From Octopus sinensis (lineage: Eukaryota): a stretch of DNA of 64,000 bases. Made by a program: the position numbers and the translations under genes. The stretch's first letter is position 1. Every line of letters starts with the position of its first letter. Under the pieces are notes generated by a model that was given only the letters and a program-made list of their open reading frames with translations, was not told the origin of the DNA and ran no database searches. The stretch spans positions 194,122,001-194,186,000 of the forward strand of contig NC_042998.1 of NCBI RefSeq assembly GCF_006345805.1, given 5' to 3'. Below are positions 35,910-48,659 of the stretch, piece after piece.

Positions 35910-36294
35910 CAGTTGAAGTAATACTGGCGCAATATCCCCATCAAAACATGTACCAAGTACAAAAGTGGCTAAGCCGACAGCTTTTGTGGGATACAAAAAA
36001 GTTAAGTACAGTTATAGCAGTTAGTTGCTCCACAAATGTGAACACCACTTCCAAAATCACCAAGGGGAATATGTTTGGATAACTGCTTCGAAATGTGCAA
36101 CTTCTGCACCCTTGTTACAAAGAACTAGACTTTTCAAGTAAAGAATGAGACCGGCTGACGCGAATTTTACTGATACAATCTGTACATAGAACAGTAAAAA
36201 TATGCGTAGCAATTACCATTGTTGTTATACAAACTCCTACGATGTAACTATTGATTCTTTGCTAAAACCCAACTCCTTCATTCTAGAAGGTATG

Positions 36295-36545
36295 CAGTCT
36301 GTCCGTCGATGCAACGAAGACCATCAAGTCATCCTGGTGTGGGCTTGTTTTGTGAGTCAGTAGATGGCTAGTGAGGCCAATCTGCGCCCGAAAGAGTCTT
36401 TGACAGCGTGGACAGGACATGGTAGCGCTTGCTACAGGGTTGTTAGCTCTGTTCTTCCTGGTTTGTCTGCGGTCTTCTGCAGCAGCGATCCCATTGGTCT
36501 CGTATGTGTTGGTACCCTTGTGGTGCTAACACATGCGAGACCAAT
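36295..36545 (-). mobile_element. RTE LINE 3'-terminal fragment
   Basis: Reverse strand encodes AAAEDRRQTRKNR...MSCPRCQRLFRAQIGLTSHLLTH, the RTE C-terminal C2H2-like finger. Confidence 0.8.
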
Positions 36546-36570
36546 AAATATAAAAAGAAAAAGGCACGCA

Positions 36571-36621
<51 letters not shown>

Positions 36622-38479
36622 TGTGTGTGTGTGTGCATGTGTGTGTGTGTGTATTCCAAATATCTAGTTTTTGACAAAAGGAAAATGGAGACGTCAGCAC
36701 ATGCTGCCGAATATGGGATTTATCTGAGTTCCCTTGTCTTGTGACACAAGTTTCATGGCACGACCATGATCGGGTGGGAACTCATTCGAATATCGTAAGA
36801 GTGTGAAACTCTAGTCTCGTTCACGCACGCACGCACACACAAACACACATGCATAAATACACAAACACTAGCGCATTTTTGTTTTAAAAAATCAAAAGGA
36901 AATAACATTGTGAGCAAATGATACAACACAATATTATGAGTGTGTGTGTGTGTGTGTGTGCCTGCGCGCGCATGTTTGTATTGTGTGCATATTTAGATAT
37001 ATATGTATTTGCATATACGTATGTAGGTGCGTGCGTATTTCTGTGTATGTGTATACGTGTATATGTGCATGTGTGTATATGAGAATGTGGTGTGTTTATG
37101 TATGCATTCACACTAAATATTGTGATGAAAATAAAAGTGTTATGTATTTCCATTAACGTGGTCTATGAGAATCTGAATTATTAAGTCGACTGCCATCTGG
37201 AGAGAATGGAATAAATCTCCTTGCCACTGAAATCTGGAATCCAAAGCACTAAAAACATTTTAAAGACAACAGACAAACAGGTGCCAGGCTTGATCAGCGA
37301 TCAATTTTCATTGGGCTTGAAAAGTAATATAATAGAAAGTACAATAGACACAAGAACACAATAGGCTTTCCTGTGTCAAAGCCATCATCTACTCAGACTG
37401 CGCATTGGTTGCTTGTCTAGCTAATGTTACGATTATTGTCTATCATTATTACCTACACAATGCTTCATTCCTTTTCAATATCTTCAGTTCCATCTTTACT
37501 TTATTTAATTGAGTGTTGCCCTCTCCCACAACCTGTTACCTATTAATGTCAGTCAGGCTCTATTCTAGAACCACTTTATTTCCTTGAAGAGAAAAGAGAG
37601 AGTAAAAGAAGAAGCTGTGTCTATTAATGTGGCCATCAAGAATATTGCACTGTCTTGAGAAATAACTCATAAAACAGCTGCACTATTGTCAGACGTTCTT
37701 CAATTTTAAGCAAACAAACAAATAAATAATTCACAGAAATAGATTTGGAATATTTTCCCCCTTCCGTATGATTTTAACAATTACTTCTTTTCGTCTTCCT
37801 CGAGTCTTATTATTTTCTATGTTTCGTATTCTTTTGGTGAGATACATTAAAAAGTATTTGTCCTTCCACTAAATAAATGATCGCAAACGTATCAGTAACA
37901 AAGTGTTAGCTAATTTTTGTTAATATTTGATTGGCTCAGCAAAAATTATTTACTGAAGTTCATAAATTCGACAGACTAGTTGAAATTCGAAGGCAGAATC
38001 AAGTTTCACATTAAATTCCATTGCTCTACTATTTTTTGCTACGGACTTCCCTCTATAAATATTATAAAATTTTCTTGAATTGACTTGCGTTTTACATTTT
38101 TGGTGCAAACCCCTAAAAGCATCCAGGTTTTTGGATCTGGCCCAGTATTAAAAAGGTTGGGAGTTTCCAAACTAAATGCTCATCTTCGGAACCAATGGCG
38201 ATGTACACAATATGTTCAGAATTTATCGAAGCCTCCCTTGATTTCAGTGATATCAATAGGACAACAGGTATATTTTTGTGTCAAGAAAGTCATACTGTTA
38301 GTAAAAAAGCCAGACTTTCATAGAAAATTATCACCTTCACCATTTTACAAAAATGGTATAAACTGATACCTTTTCGTGGGTAGAGTCAAGATTTCGTCCA
38401 TGAGGAGGGGTCGTAATTATCAAAATGAACTTATTAGCCCTCTGATTTGCGAAAAATACAAAAATAAAATAAACGTTAG

Positions 38480-38775
38480 GCACAGGAGTGGATGTGTGGT
38501 TAAGAAGCTTGCCTCCCGATCATGTGGTTTTGAGTTCAGTCCCACTGTGCAGCACCTTGTGCAAGTATCTTCTACTGTGGCCCTTGGCCGACCTTATGAG
38601 TGGATCTGGTAAACGGAAAGTTCATCGTATACGCGCGCGTGTGCGTGCGTGCGTGTGTGTATGCGCGTGTGTGCATGTGTCTTTGTGTTTGTTCTACTTG
38701 ACAAGCTTTGTTGGTTTGCTTACGACCCCGTAACTTAGCCGCTCGGCAAAAGATGCCAATAGAATAAGTATCATG
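38480..38775 (+). mobile_element. Diverged, 3'-truncated SINE family A
   Basis: GGCACAGGAGTGGATGTGTGGTTAAG head and CCCCGTAACTTAGCCGCTCGGCAAAAGA body. Confidence 0.8.
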
Positions 38776-38784
38776 CAACAAAAG

Positions 38785-38821
<37 letters not shown>

Positions 38822-38884
38822 CTTTTACTTTGTTATCTCCCCTACTTCTTCGCTCTCCTGTTTGACCCTTCTGTCCGGCTGTCG

Positions 38885-39083
38885 CCATGATAGATCGTTG
38901 GCCACTACACACATTTTTTTTCTCTCCTTGTTTCTCTCCTTGTTTTTTTCTGTGTCCCTTTCTGTAGAAGAACGTTGGCTCGAAACGTAGAAGACATTTT
39001 CAGTTCCCGAACGTTATACTAATACATATGTTTGTTTTCTACACCACCTGTCTTCGTCTTTTGTTTTTTTTTTCGTGAATTCT

Positions 39084-39090
<7 letters not shown>
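38885..39090 (+). mobile_element. Short pseudo-LTR-like repeat with A6U hammerhead-like motif (38958-38993), ending in (TA)n
   Basis: Homologous to 48300-48475. Motif cttt CTGTAGA a GAAC-gttg-GCTC GAAA CG TA gaag. Confidence 0.65.
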
Positions 39091-39152
<62 letters not shown>

Positions 39153-39612
39153 TCCCTTATATTCTTGTATCTAATTCATTTTAAAAAATCAATCATAAAA
39201 GTCAATCATAATTATTATAATATAAAACATTAAGATGATTAGTAAAGTAATTATATTTGTATTTAGTTATTGATTCATAATTTATTCTACATAACATTAT
39301 ATACTTAAGTGTGTGGGAGAGAGAACACATATATGTATGCGGGTTTACGTTACATGCATTTAAGATTACTACGTAGATATATTAAGTGTATCACGTCATC
39401 AAGATTAGTGTTATCGATAGATTTATAATATTTGCATCTAAAATAAGATGTATTATATTATCTGATTAATTAATAAAGATCAATACTTAATATTATTATT
39501 AAATTGATATTTAAATATTATGTTACATAATATATAGTATATATTATTTATATTTATATTATTTTTATCCTATGTTTGTAAATTAAGTTATACTTATTAT
39601 ATTATGTTATGG

Positions 39613-39853
39613 AGATGTACTTGCATAGCAAGTGAACTGATCTGAGATCGTGTGCTGAACCAAAAACAATTGCAGCGTGGAAGATGTTTATAAGCCATTT
39701 AAAAACACACAAAAACTGCATCTGATGCAGCACGGAATTTCGTCTCAAAGCGACGAAAATATTTTGGCAAATCAAATTTAAATGTTGGAGTGAATCTAAC
39801 GGTTTTTGTGCGTCTTTAAATGGCTTATAAACACCTTCCACGCTGCAATTGTA
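39613..39853. mobile_element. Internally deleted copy of the 32230 foldback family
   Basis: Shares GATGTACTTGCATAGC...ACAATTGCAGCGTGGAAG.TGTTTATAAGCC and its inverted copy. The ribozyme 5' core is deleted. Confidence 0.85.
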
Positions 39854-40540
39854 TCATATTATATTTATATCATTAATGTTTATTTCTATTTTTATTTATT
39901 AATTTTTATTAAATTTTCTAAAATATACTTAGGTTAGTTCCAACAAGTTAAAATATTCACTCTTCCTGAGTTAATTAATTTGTGTTTAGATATTATATAT
40001 TTCATGCTTATATGTCTAATGTTAGTTTTGTTATTTATTTATATATTTATTTATTTATTTATTTATTCATTAAATTTTCTAAAAGCATACTTCGAGTAGT
40101 GACAACAAACTAAAATATTTTCTTTCGTAGAGTTAATCTATGTTTAGATTTTATTTGAAAAATTTCTTCTGCGCATAATTGACATTTCCTGTCTGAACTT
40201 TGATAAGTTCTGGCATGATTTACAACCTCTCAATTAATTCTATAATTTTTCCCATTATCTTTTGACATCCATATAAATTTGCTGAGATTAGTATTATTGA
40301 TTTTATGCTTATTTCTAAAACAAATCTCATGGTTCGCAATTCTCCGTTTCAAGTGAGTTTCAGTTGGACTTATGTAATAAATTCAACTACACTCCTATAT
40401 ACCTGGTTGTCTTGTTTACAGTTATTATTAAGTTTACAATTTTCTTTAATCCTGCAATCACAATTTTTATTAATATCTTTATACTATTCTTACTTTTATC
40501 ATTTCTTTTATTTTGATTTTCATCATCATCATCATCATCA

Positions 40541-40588
<48 letters not shown>

Positions 40589-40614
40589 TATTACTATTAT
40601 TATTATTATTATTA

Positions 40615-40645
<31 letters not shown>

Positions 40646-41307
40646 TGGATTAGAAAAGGAATCAATGTGGGTTATTTCCCTTCTATTATTATAAATTGCC
40701 TTATCATTTTTACTTAAATTTAAATTGGTATAAAAAATATCTATTTTTTAAATTTTTAACTGAGGATATAATTTTAAAAGATTCTTTGACCGACTTTTAT
40801 AACTTTAGAATTAATTTCTATATACTTATTATCCATGTGTTTATAATTATGCATACTGTTAGACACCTAACCAATTTAAGAAAAGATTTCATAAATATTG
40901 AATCACATTTTATATCTAATGAGTATGTGTTTACATCCTATGACTGTCATACAACTGTATGATTCATAATATTCAATTGTAATATATAAAAAATGTTTAC
41001 GTATTTTCCATTATTAAGCAACAGTGGTTGGTATTCATTAACTCCATTATAGATACAAAACCATTTAGTTTAATAACAGATAATAATATGCTATCAATTA
41101 ACAGTTTATCACAGTAAGCAGTATAACCTAACTGAAAATATGATCGACAACTGTAGAATATAATTTTCGGTTAACAGAAAAAAGCTCGTTCTCAAAGCAA
41201 AAAAGATGGCGGGGAATCTAAATTTGCTGTACAATGTTAGTTAATTTTATAAACCACTGGTCTACCTATCATGTTATCTACACGCGCGCACACACACACA
41301 CACACAC

Positions 41308-41386
<79 letters not shown>

Positions 41387-41399
41387 AATTGTTTGCGTA

Positions 41400-41900
41400 A
41401 TAAGATTAAAAACCAAGGCTGTATAGATATTAGAGCATTTAGGTCTTACAGCTGTTTCTAGGATATATATTAATTAGATCCCTTTATCGGAGACGGTGTG
41501 AGAGGATGGTTAAGTCATAGTTAGTTTAGATGTGATACAAAATAGAGAGTGAGGTGGAGGAAAGAAAATAGATGCAATATATGTATGGGTATTGAAGTTG
41601 TAAATCCATTTTTTAGGCATAACGGTATATATGCAATATTCCAATATCCTTTGAGTAAAGTCCAAAAGTCCAACAGAGTTTTAAATGAGTCCTTCCATAT
41701 ATAGATATCGAGAGGTTTTGAATATTTTGTGGGGCAAACATAGAATTGCTCATTACACGATTGTATTAAATGTATGTCGAATCTAATATATAAATATGTT
41801 ATATGTAAGGCAAAGGGCATTTGATTATGTGAACAAGATTTCGGTAAACGAACGACTGACTGACTACGCACGTCAGCAAATTTCTTAACGGTCACCTAAT
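41400..41900 (-). mobile_element. PLE 3' end (GIY-YIG C-terminus, 3' UTR, decayed hammerhead at 41443-41494)
   Basis: Reverse strand gives ...YIRFDIHLIQS.NEQFYVCP, then gtct CCGATAA a GGGAT...ATCCT a GAAA cagctg TA agac. Confidence 0.7.
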
Positions 41901-42064
41901 GTGCGCTGTCAACCAAAAGACTTGAAAACTTGGTCAGATATGTAACCCTCTATATCACACACATAGGCGCATGCATACATAGCCACATGGATACATACAC
42001 ACATACATATATGTATGTATGTATATGTGTGCGTATATATATATACATATATATATATACATGC

Positions 42065-42121
<57 letters not shown>

Positions 42122-42538
42122 TATATGTATCTATGTATATATGTGTGTGTGTGTATGCATGTATGTATATATGTATGTATGAATGCATGTAAGCACACAC
42201 ATATAGACATACACACACATGTATATTTATATGTATATGCATGTATATTAATAAACGGACTGGAAACCACTTTAGACTAAAGTGCCTATGTATGTGTGCG
42301 TGCATGTGCGCGCATGTGTGTGTGTGCGCGTGTGTTGTGTGTGTGTCTGTGTGTGTAGAACGTAGAACGGCACTAGCAGTAATATTTTGTCTTAGAGAAA
42401 CATCTCAAAGAGTCTGACGTGTTAAAAACACAGGGCTTTGCTGTGAACGCTCGTGGATTGTCAGATACAATGTTTCGACCTAACGGGGTACCTCAGTTAA
42501 AGTACCTAATTCAACTGAATCGCATTTGTGTGTGCGTG

Positions 42539-42832
42539 TGAGGAGGGAGGGAGGGAGGAGAGATGGGGGAAGGAGAGAGGGAGGAGGGAGGGAAGGAGAG
42601 AGGGAGGGAGGGATAGAAGGAGAGAGGGGAGGAGGGAGGGAAGGAGAGAGGGAGGGAGGGATAGAAGGAGAGAGGGAGGGAAGAAGAGAGGGAGGGAAGG
42701 AGAGAGGGAGGGAAGGAGAGAGAGAGGGGGGAAGGAGGGAGGGAAAGAGAGAGGGAAAGAGAGAGGGAGGGAGGTATAGAAGGAGAGAGGGAGGGAAGGA
42801 GAGAAGGAGAGAAGGAGGGAAGAAGGGAGAGT
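42539..42832. repeat. Polypurine (GGA/GA) tract with internal duplicated units
   Basis: About 290 bp almost purely G/A on the + strand, ending ~95 bp before the exon acceptor. Confidence 0.95.
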
Positions 42833-42927
42833 TTATACCTATACGTATCCATGTATTTGTGCATACAAACACATAAATATCATATGTATTTATATTTATT
42901 TTATTTATTTATTTATTTATTTTACAG

Positions 42928-43089
42928 GCGGATTTTGCGACCCAGCCATATTTTCCGGTCGATATGGAACAATTGGTGGCAGCAAGCCTAAAGTGGCCAC
43001 ACCAAATGTTGTGGCAAAAATCGAGGAATATAAATTAGAAAATCCTTCTATTTTCGCTTGGGAAATAAGAGAAAAGCTTATGGCTGATG
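42928..43089 (+). CDS. eyg: Eyegone-like Pax gene, paired-domain linker and RED subdomain exon (162 bp, phase 1-1)
   Basis: TTTTACAG acceptor and G|GTAAGC donor. Encodes [54 protein letters not shown], an unmistakable paired-domain segment. Confidence 0.92.
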
Positions 43090-43864
43090 GTAAGCTATCT
43101 TTATCTGGTAATAATTGCTTTCCTATGATTAATGTATAAGTTGCGTGAGCTTATAAAGCGTGCTTCGGTTTTGGGAAGCAAGTTCTTGAAAAATTTTTTA
43201 AAAACTGTTTTCAAATTAGACATATGTAGCCTCCTCAAACCGCATTTTAAATTTTGGTGTATTCCTGTCCTTACGAAGTCCTACTATATCTAATCAAAAG
43301 GTAATTAATCTTTTGGCGTCTATATTTCGGTATAGTCTAAAGAAGTCTGCGGTGTAAGGATATTCCGTGTTTTCCAGCCTAATCACTGTGATTCGACCCG
43401 AGAATTACTTAAAAGGTAAACGTGCCTGCTTGATTCTCAATTGCTTTTACGAATAGGAATTCAGTTGGTCGAATGACTGAACGTCATCATCGAGACCGAC
43501 GATGTATCCAACTCTTACATTCACACGCGCACGCACGCAAACCCCCCCCCCCACACAAATATTCATACATACTTGCATGCATGGACAGGGTTCGCAAAAG
43601 CAGACCGGAGAAAACTAATTAGAAGACTGCAGACACAAGCCATGGATGGAACTGTCAAAATATGTAAGCCTTTCCAAAAGTTTAGCATATTAGTACATAT
43701 AGACATGCAACACATAAAATAAAAAAACTCCATTAAGGGGATCTAAAAATCTGTTCTTACTCTATTGGCAAGAAATCTAGAAATAATATTATATAACATA
43801 CATAACACATACCTATATACATCCATGCATCCATGCATACATGTGGAATATTTATGAACATACC

Positions 43865-44195
43865 CACATAATGCTGAGAGCCCCTTCGGTCATGACTGAC
43901 CATGCGATTGCACCTAGAAAGTTACCCTCCCATGCACAAGTCCGGGCAAGGTTGCTTATGGAGGACCAGCAGTCGCCCAAGCATACCGGCCTCCCATCTC
44001 CACGCCACCAGTGTTATCCAAGGGAAAGGCCAATATGGCTTTGCACCAGTGACATCGCAACTCATTTCTACAGCTGAGTGAACTAGAGCAACGTGAAATA
44101 AAGTGTCTTGCTCAAGAACACAACACGCAGCCCGGTCCGGGATTCGAACTCACAATCTTACGATCGTAAACTCGACGCTCTAACCACTGAGCCAT
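43865..44195 (-). mobile_element. tRNA-derived SINE, family D (CORE-like central block)
   Basis: GCTCAGTGGTTAGAGCG A-box, GTTCGAATCC B-box, then TTGAGCAAGACACTTTATTTCACGTTGCTCTAGTTCACTCAGCTGTAGAAATGAG. Confidence 0.8.
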
Positions 44196-44424
44196 GTATG
44201 TATATATATGTACATATATGTACGTTTATGAATTTGTGTTGCAAGTCTCTTGATGTGAAACCGTGTGTTGAAACATGTTATATTTCGTGATGGTCACAGG
44301 CGAATGGCGGGTGCGAACCAAAGATGGTGCAGAGATGCTGATAAAATGCCGTCTGGGAATTCTGGGCGAGCTAACTGCCGAGTTTGACCTGAAGCTGAGT
44401 GTGGTTTTTGTGCCCTCAGAGAAG

Positions 44425-44640
44425 AATGTGTTTGTGTATCTGTGTTTATCCCCCACCATCGCTTGACAACCTATGTTAGTGTGTTTATGTCCCCGTAAGT
44501 TAGCTGTTCGGCAAAAGAGATCAATAAAATAAGTACTAGGCTTACAAAGAATAAGTCTTGGGGTCGATTTGTTCGACTAAAGGCGGTGCTCCAACATGGC
44601 CGCAGTCAAATGACTGAAACAAGTAAAAGAGTTAAAGAGT
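44425..44640 (+). mobile_element. 3' half of SINE family A
   Basis: CCCCCACCATCGCTTGACAACC...CAGTCAAATGACTGAAACAAGTAAAAGAGT. Confidence 0.88.
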
Positions 44641-44744
44641 ATATATATATTGTATGTGTGTGTGTGTGTGTGGTTCGTGTGTGTGTGTATGTGTTTGTAT
44701 GTGTTTGTGTGTGTGTGTACATGCAAACAAATTTACATATATAT

Positions 44745-45235
44745 ATATTGTATGTATGTATGCATGAATGTATGTATGTATGTATGCATGAATGTATGTA
44801 TGTATGTATGTATGTATGTATGTATGTATGTATGAATGTATGTATGTATGCATGAATGTATGTATGAATGTATGTATGTGTGTATGTATGTATGTATGTA
44901 TGTATGTATGTATGTATGAATGAATGAATGTATGTATGTATGTATGTATGTATGAATGTATGTATGAATGTATGTATGTATGTATGTATGTATGTATGTA
45001 TGTATGTATGAATGAATGTATGTATGTATGTATGTATGTATGTATGTATGTATGTATGCATGAATGTATGTATGTATGTATGTATGTATGTATGAATGTA
45101 TGTATGCATGAATGTATATATGTATGTATGCATGTATGTATGTATGCATGAATGTATGTATGTATGTATGTACGTATGTATGTATGTTTGTATGTATGTA
45201 TGCATGAATGTATGTATGTACGTATGTTTGTTTGT
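44745..45235. repeat. (TATG)n/(TGAA)n compound microsatellite
   Basis: Directly visible. Explains the 232- and 303-aa low-complexity ORFs. Confidence 0.97.
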
Positions 45236-45456
45236 TTGTTTGTGTGTATGTGTAGACAAGCAGATAGACATCTCTGCATTAGATAATTTTTGTTTTCGTG
45301 CCATAGTTTCAAAATCTTGATCAACAACTTCAACCTAACAAGCTTAGAGAAATCGACTACAGCGAGATTGGGAGAGAGAAAAGGAAAGATTGAAAGTGAA
45401 GAGAGAGAAAGTGAGTGAGTGATTGAGTGAATGAGTGAATGGGACAAGAGAGAGAG

Positions 45457-45514
<58 letters not shown>

Positions 45515-46399
45515 ATACTCAGACTGACAGACAGAGAATACAAAAACCAAAAGCTTTGATTTTGAACAATAAGTTTGTCATTATTGCCAAAACATTCACA
45601 CTATCACAGTAACACAGATTACCGAACTAAACTCCTAGCCTGCCTACTGCTTCATGTCGTACTCTACTTCCTTTCATACATTTAACAATAAAACGTTTTG
45701 TTACCTCCATTTTGAATGCCCCTATTATACAAAGGTGTCACCAAAAGTTAGCTTCTACTTCCGGTTCAAATGAAGCTACCATCACGACCTAATATAAAAG
45801 CTGGTCATATACTTCACCTTACTCTATATACTCTGTGCACAAATTAACGGTATTCTTTTCGTCTAAGTTTGCACAGGGAAATATCTAGTTATTTGTTTCA
45901 CTTCTGTTTATCTTTTTATTTATTTATTTATTTTCTATTTTATTGCATTTATCTTTTATTTATTAATTTATTAATTTTCTTTCTTTCTTTTTATTCATTT
46001 GCGTTTTTGTCCACCTCACCACATCAAATAATATAACTTTATCTCTCTATTTTCTCCTTGATAACTAATGTCATATTGTGAATGAGGACACACAATAGTT
46101 AAATAGTGATAGATTTTGCACACTTTCCTTATTGAAGTCTGGCAGATTGAAGTGTGACTATACCTCGAGAAGTGGGTAGATTTTATTGAGGCTTAGACCC
46201 AAATCTGACCTACTTGAACAGAGATCTACTATGAAAGAGTTCTACGTGCGGCCATCCTTTCTTTGAGTAGATGAGAGACTACAATTTTAAAGAGTCCATT
46301 TGTAAAAACAGTAGAGAGTGCTTTGAAGGAATTTGAGAGTTATTTTTTGTAGGTCGAAGGAACACACCGAGGCTCCCTCTTAATTTCGTATCAATGAGA

Positions 46400-46960
46400 G
46401 TATCGCCATCTCTATGTCACGCTGGTGAGACCCATATTGGAGTACGGGATTCAAGCCTCTTCTCCTTATCTCCTCAAAGACATACATAATCTCGAGAGAG
46501 TCCAGAAGCTGGCTACCCGCATGGTTCTTGGTCTCAAGCATTTGTCTCATGAAGAAAGGCTGAAGACGCTCGACCTTTATTCTCTCGAAAAACGACGACG
46601 CCGTGCTGATCTCATTCTCGCTCACATCATAAGCGGGAAGTGTAACCTCTCGAAAGAGCTGTTCTTCACTCCTGCTCCAGAGCGTGGGCTGCGGGGTGAC
46701 TCCGAAAAGCTCTATCTACTACGATTTCATCTCAATCGAAGGGGAGGGGCATTCCCCGTCCGGGTTGCGGATCCGTGGAATAAGCTGCCGGACGAGATAG
46801 TGAAGATGCCGACGACCGCTCGGTTCAAAGTCTCTCTTGACCGGAAATGGCCTGAACTCTTTGTATGACCACCCTCCCTGTACATAACTCCCTGTCCCCC
46901 TACATGGCCTTGCTTTTGCTTTTTGAGCCAATAAAAATTGAATTGTATTAAACTGAATCT
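46400..46960 (+). mobile_element. 5'-truncated CR1-clade LINE, same family as 3072-3957
   Basis: ORF 46425-46868 is nearly identical in peptide to the C-terminus of ORF 3157-3849. Same 3' UTR and GAATT tail. Confidence 0.93.
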
Positions 46961-47406
46961 CTCTAAATGTAACCCCTCGTAAACTGAGTTCCTATTGGTA
47001 TATTCTCCGATTGTCTTCTCGTAGCATATATTTTGAAAATGAACATATGTGTGCGTATGTATATTGTGTCTATATGTCAATAGCTGCTTTAATGAGTATC
47101 TGTGTGTGGCTGTGTTTGTGTGCGCGTGTGCGTGAGAAATGACCCAGAGTGTTTTAAATGTACAGACCTTGCAAATCAGCCGTTGATCTTGTAAATTTTA
47201 CTTGAAACCGCAAAGAACCGTATCTATTTCAAAATGAACGTGACGTCAACCATAATCATTTTCACCATACTCGCTTTCTTCATACATTATGAAACTCTGT
47301 GTGTGTGTGAGTGTGTGTGTGTGTGTGTGTGTGGTGTGTGTGTGTGTGTGTGTTGTGTGCGTTGTGTGTGTAGGTGTGTGCATATATGTATGAATACATA
47401 TAAGAT

Positions 47407-47698
47407 TGTTCCTTCTCGAGCCACGTCTGGCTCATAAGGGCCGGTTTCTCGGTTTCCTTGGCGTACAGGTTCCCCACCAGGACGGGACGCCGATACGTCG
47501 CAGGTGAACTGCAAGAAGCAGGAGGAAAGAGTGAGAGAAAGTTGTGGCGAAAGAGTCAGCAGAAATTCATCATTACCTTCTGTCGGAGCCGCGTGGAGCT
47601 TATGTGTTTCGCTCATAAACACACATCGTCTGAGATTCGAACCCGCGATCCCTCGATCGCGAGTCCGCTGCTCTAACCACTAGGCCATGTGCCTCCAC
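47407..47698 (-). mobile_element. SINE family C, tail type 3 (V-domain-like), with 14-bp TSD
   Basis: Homologous to 21470. TSD AATACATATAAGAT at 47393-47406 and 47699-47712. Confidence 0.88.
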
Positions 47699-48158
47699 AA
47701 TACATATAAGATACATGTATAGGTGTATGTTTGTGAGTGTGTATGCATATATGTATGTATGTTTGTATAACCATGATATTGTTGGATTGTAGTTCTTAGC
47801 CAGGATGAGCTTTATATGTTAAACCGTAGCTAACAGCTGTACCTTGATCTATCAACCATGAGGCACTTTCGATACTGCAGCTGTTAAGTGCTTTATATAT
47901 TTGTCAGAAAGATTTTAAACTAGGCTTGAATGAAAACTAAAATGATACCAAACACAAAATTATCAAATATTTCTTAGACGGTGAACGGTAATAATAGCAC
48001 GGTAAAAATGACACAGGTAAAAATGGCACAGATGCAATAAGCTTACTGGCACAACAAGCTTACTGAAATATACACTATTAGTAAAAGAAGTAGAATAAAG
48101 TTTTTACGTATGTATGTATATGTTTATATGACGCTATGTATATAGTCACCATCTATAC

Positions 48159-48219
<61 letters not shown>

Positions 48220-48221
<2 letters not shown>

Positions 48222-48266
48222 GGGGAGAATTCACAAAAAAATACAAAATGTGTGTAGTGGCTAGCG

Positions 48267-48298
<32 letters not shown>

Positions 48299-48470
48299 CG
48301 CTAGCCACTACACACATTTTTTCTCTCCTTGTTTCTTTCTGTGTTCCTTTCTGTGGAAGAGCGTAGGCTCGAAAAGTAAAAGACTTATTCTATTATTGAG
48401 CGTTATACTAATACATCTGTTTGTTTTCTACACCACCTGTCTTCGTCTTTTGTATTTTTTGTGAATTCTC

Positions 48471-48475
<5 letters not shown>
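48220..48475. mobile_element. Rearranged pseudo-LTR-like element with nested inverted repeats and an A6U hammerhead-like motif (48347-48382)
   Basis: Outer IR TAGGGGAGAATTCACAAAAAA.TACAAAA, inner IR AATGTGTGTAGTGGCTAGCGATATA around (TA)n. Motif cttt CTGTGGA a GAGC-gtag-GCTC GAAA AG TA aaag. Confidence 0.7.
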
Positions 48476-48542
<67 letters not shown>

Positions 48543-48659
48543 GCGCATATACACGCGTATATGGAATTGCACTCACCAATGTATAAACACCTAAACAAGT
48601 ATGTACATGTTTATATGACTTACTTGGAAATGGATGCGTGGCGCCCAATCAAATAATAT

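Noticed and set aside
44606-45543. 232-aa and 303-aa ORFs, and similar YIHT/MYVC/IYIY/THTH ORFs throughout the window
   Set aside because: These are stop-free frames of tetra- and dinucleotide microsatellites with no domain content or splice support.
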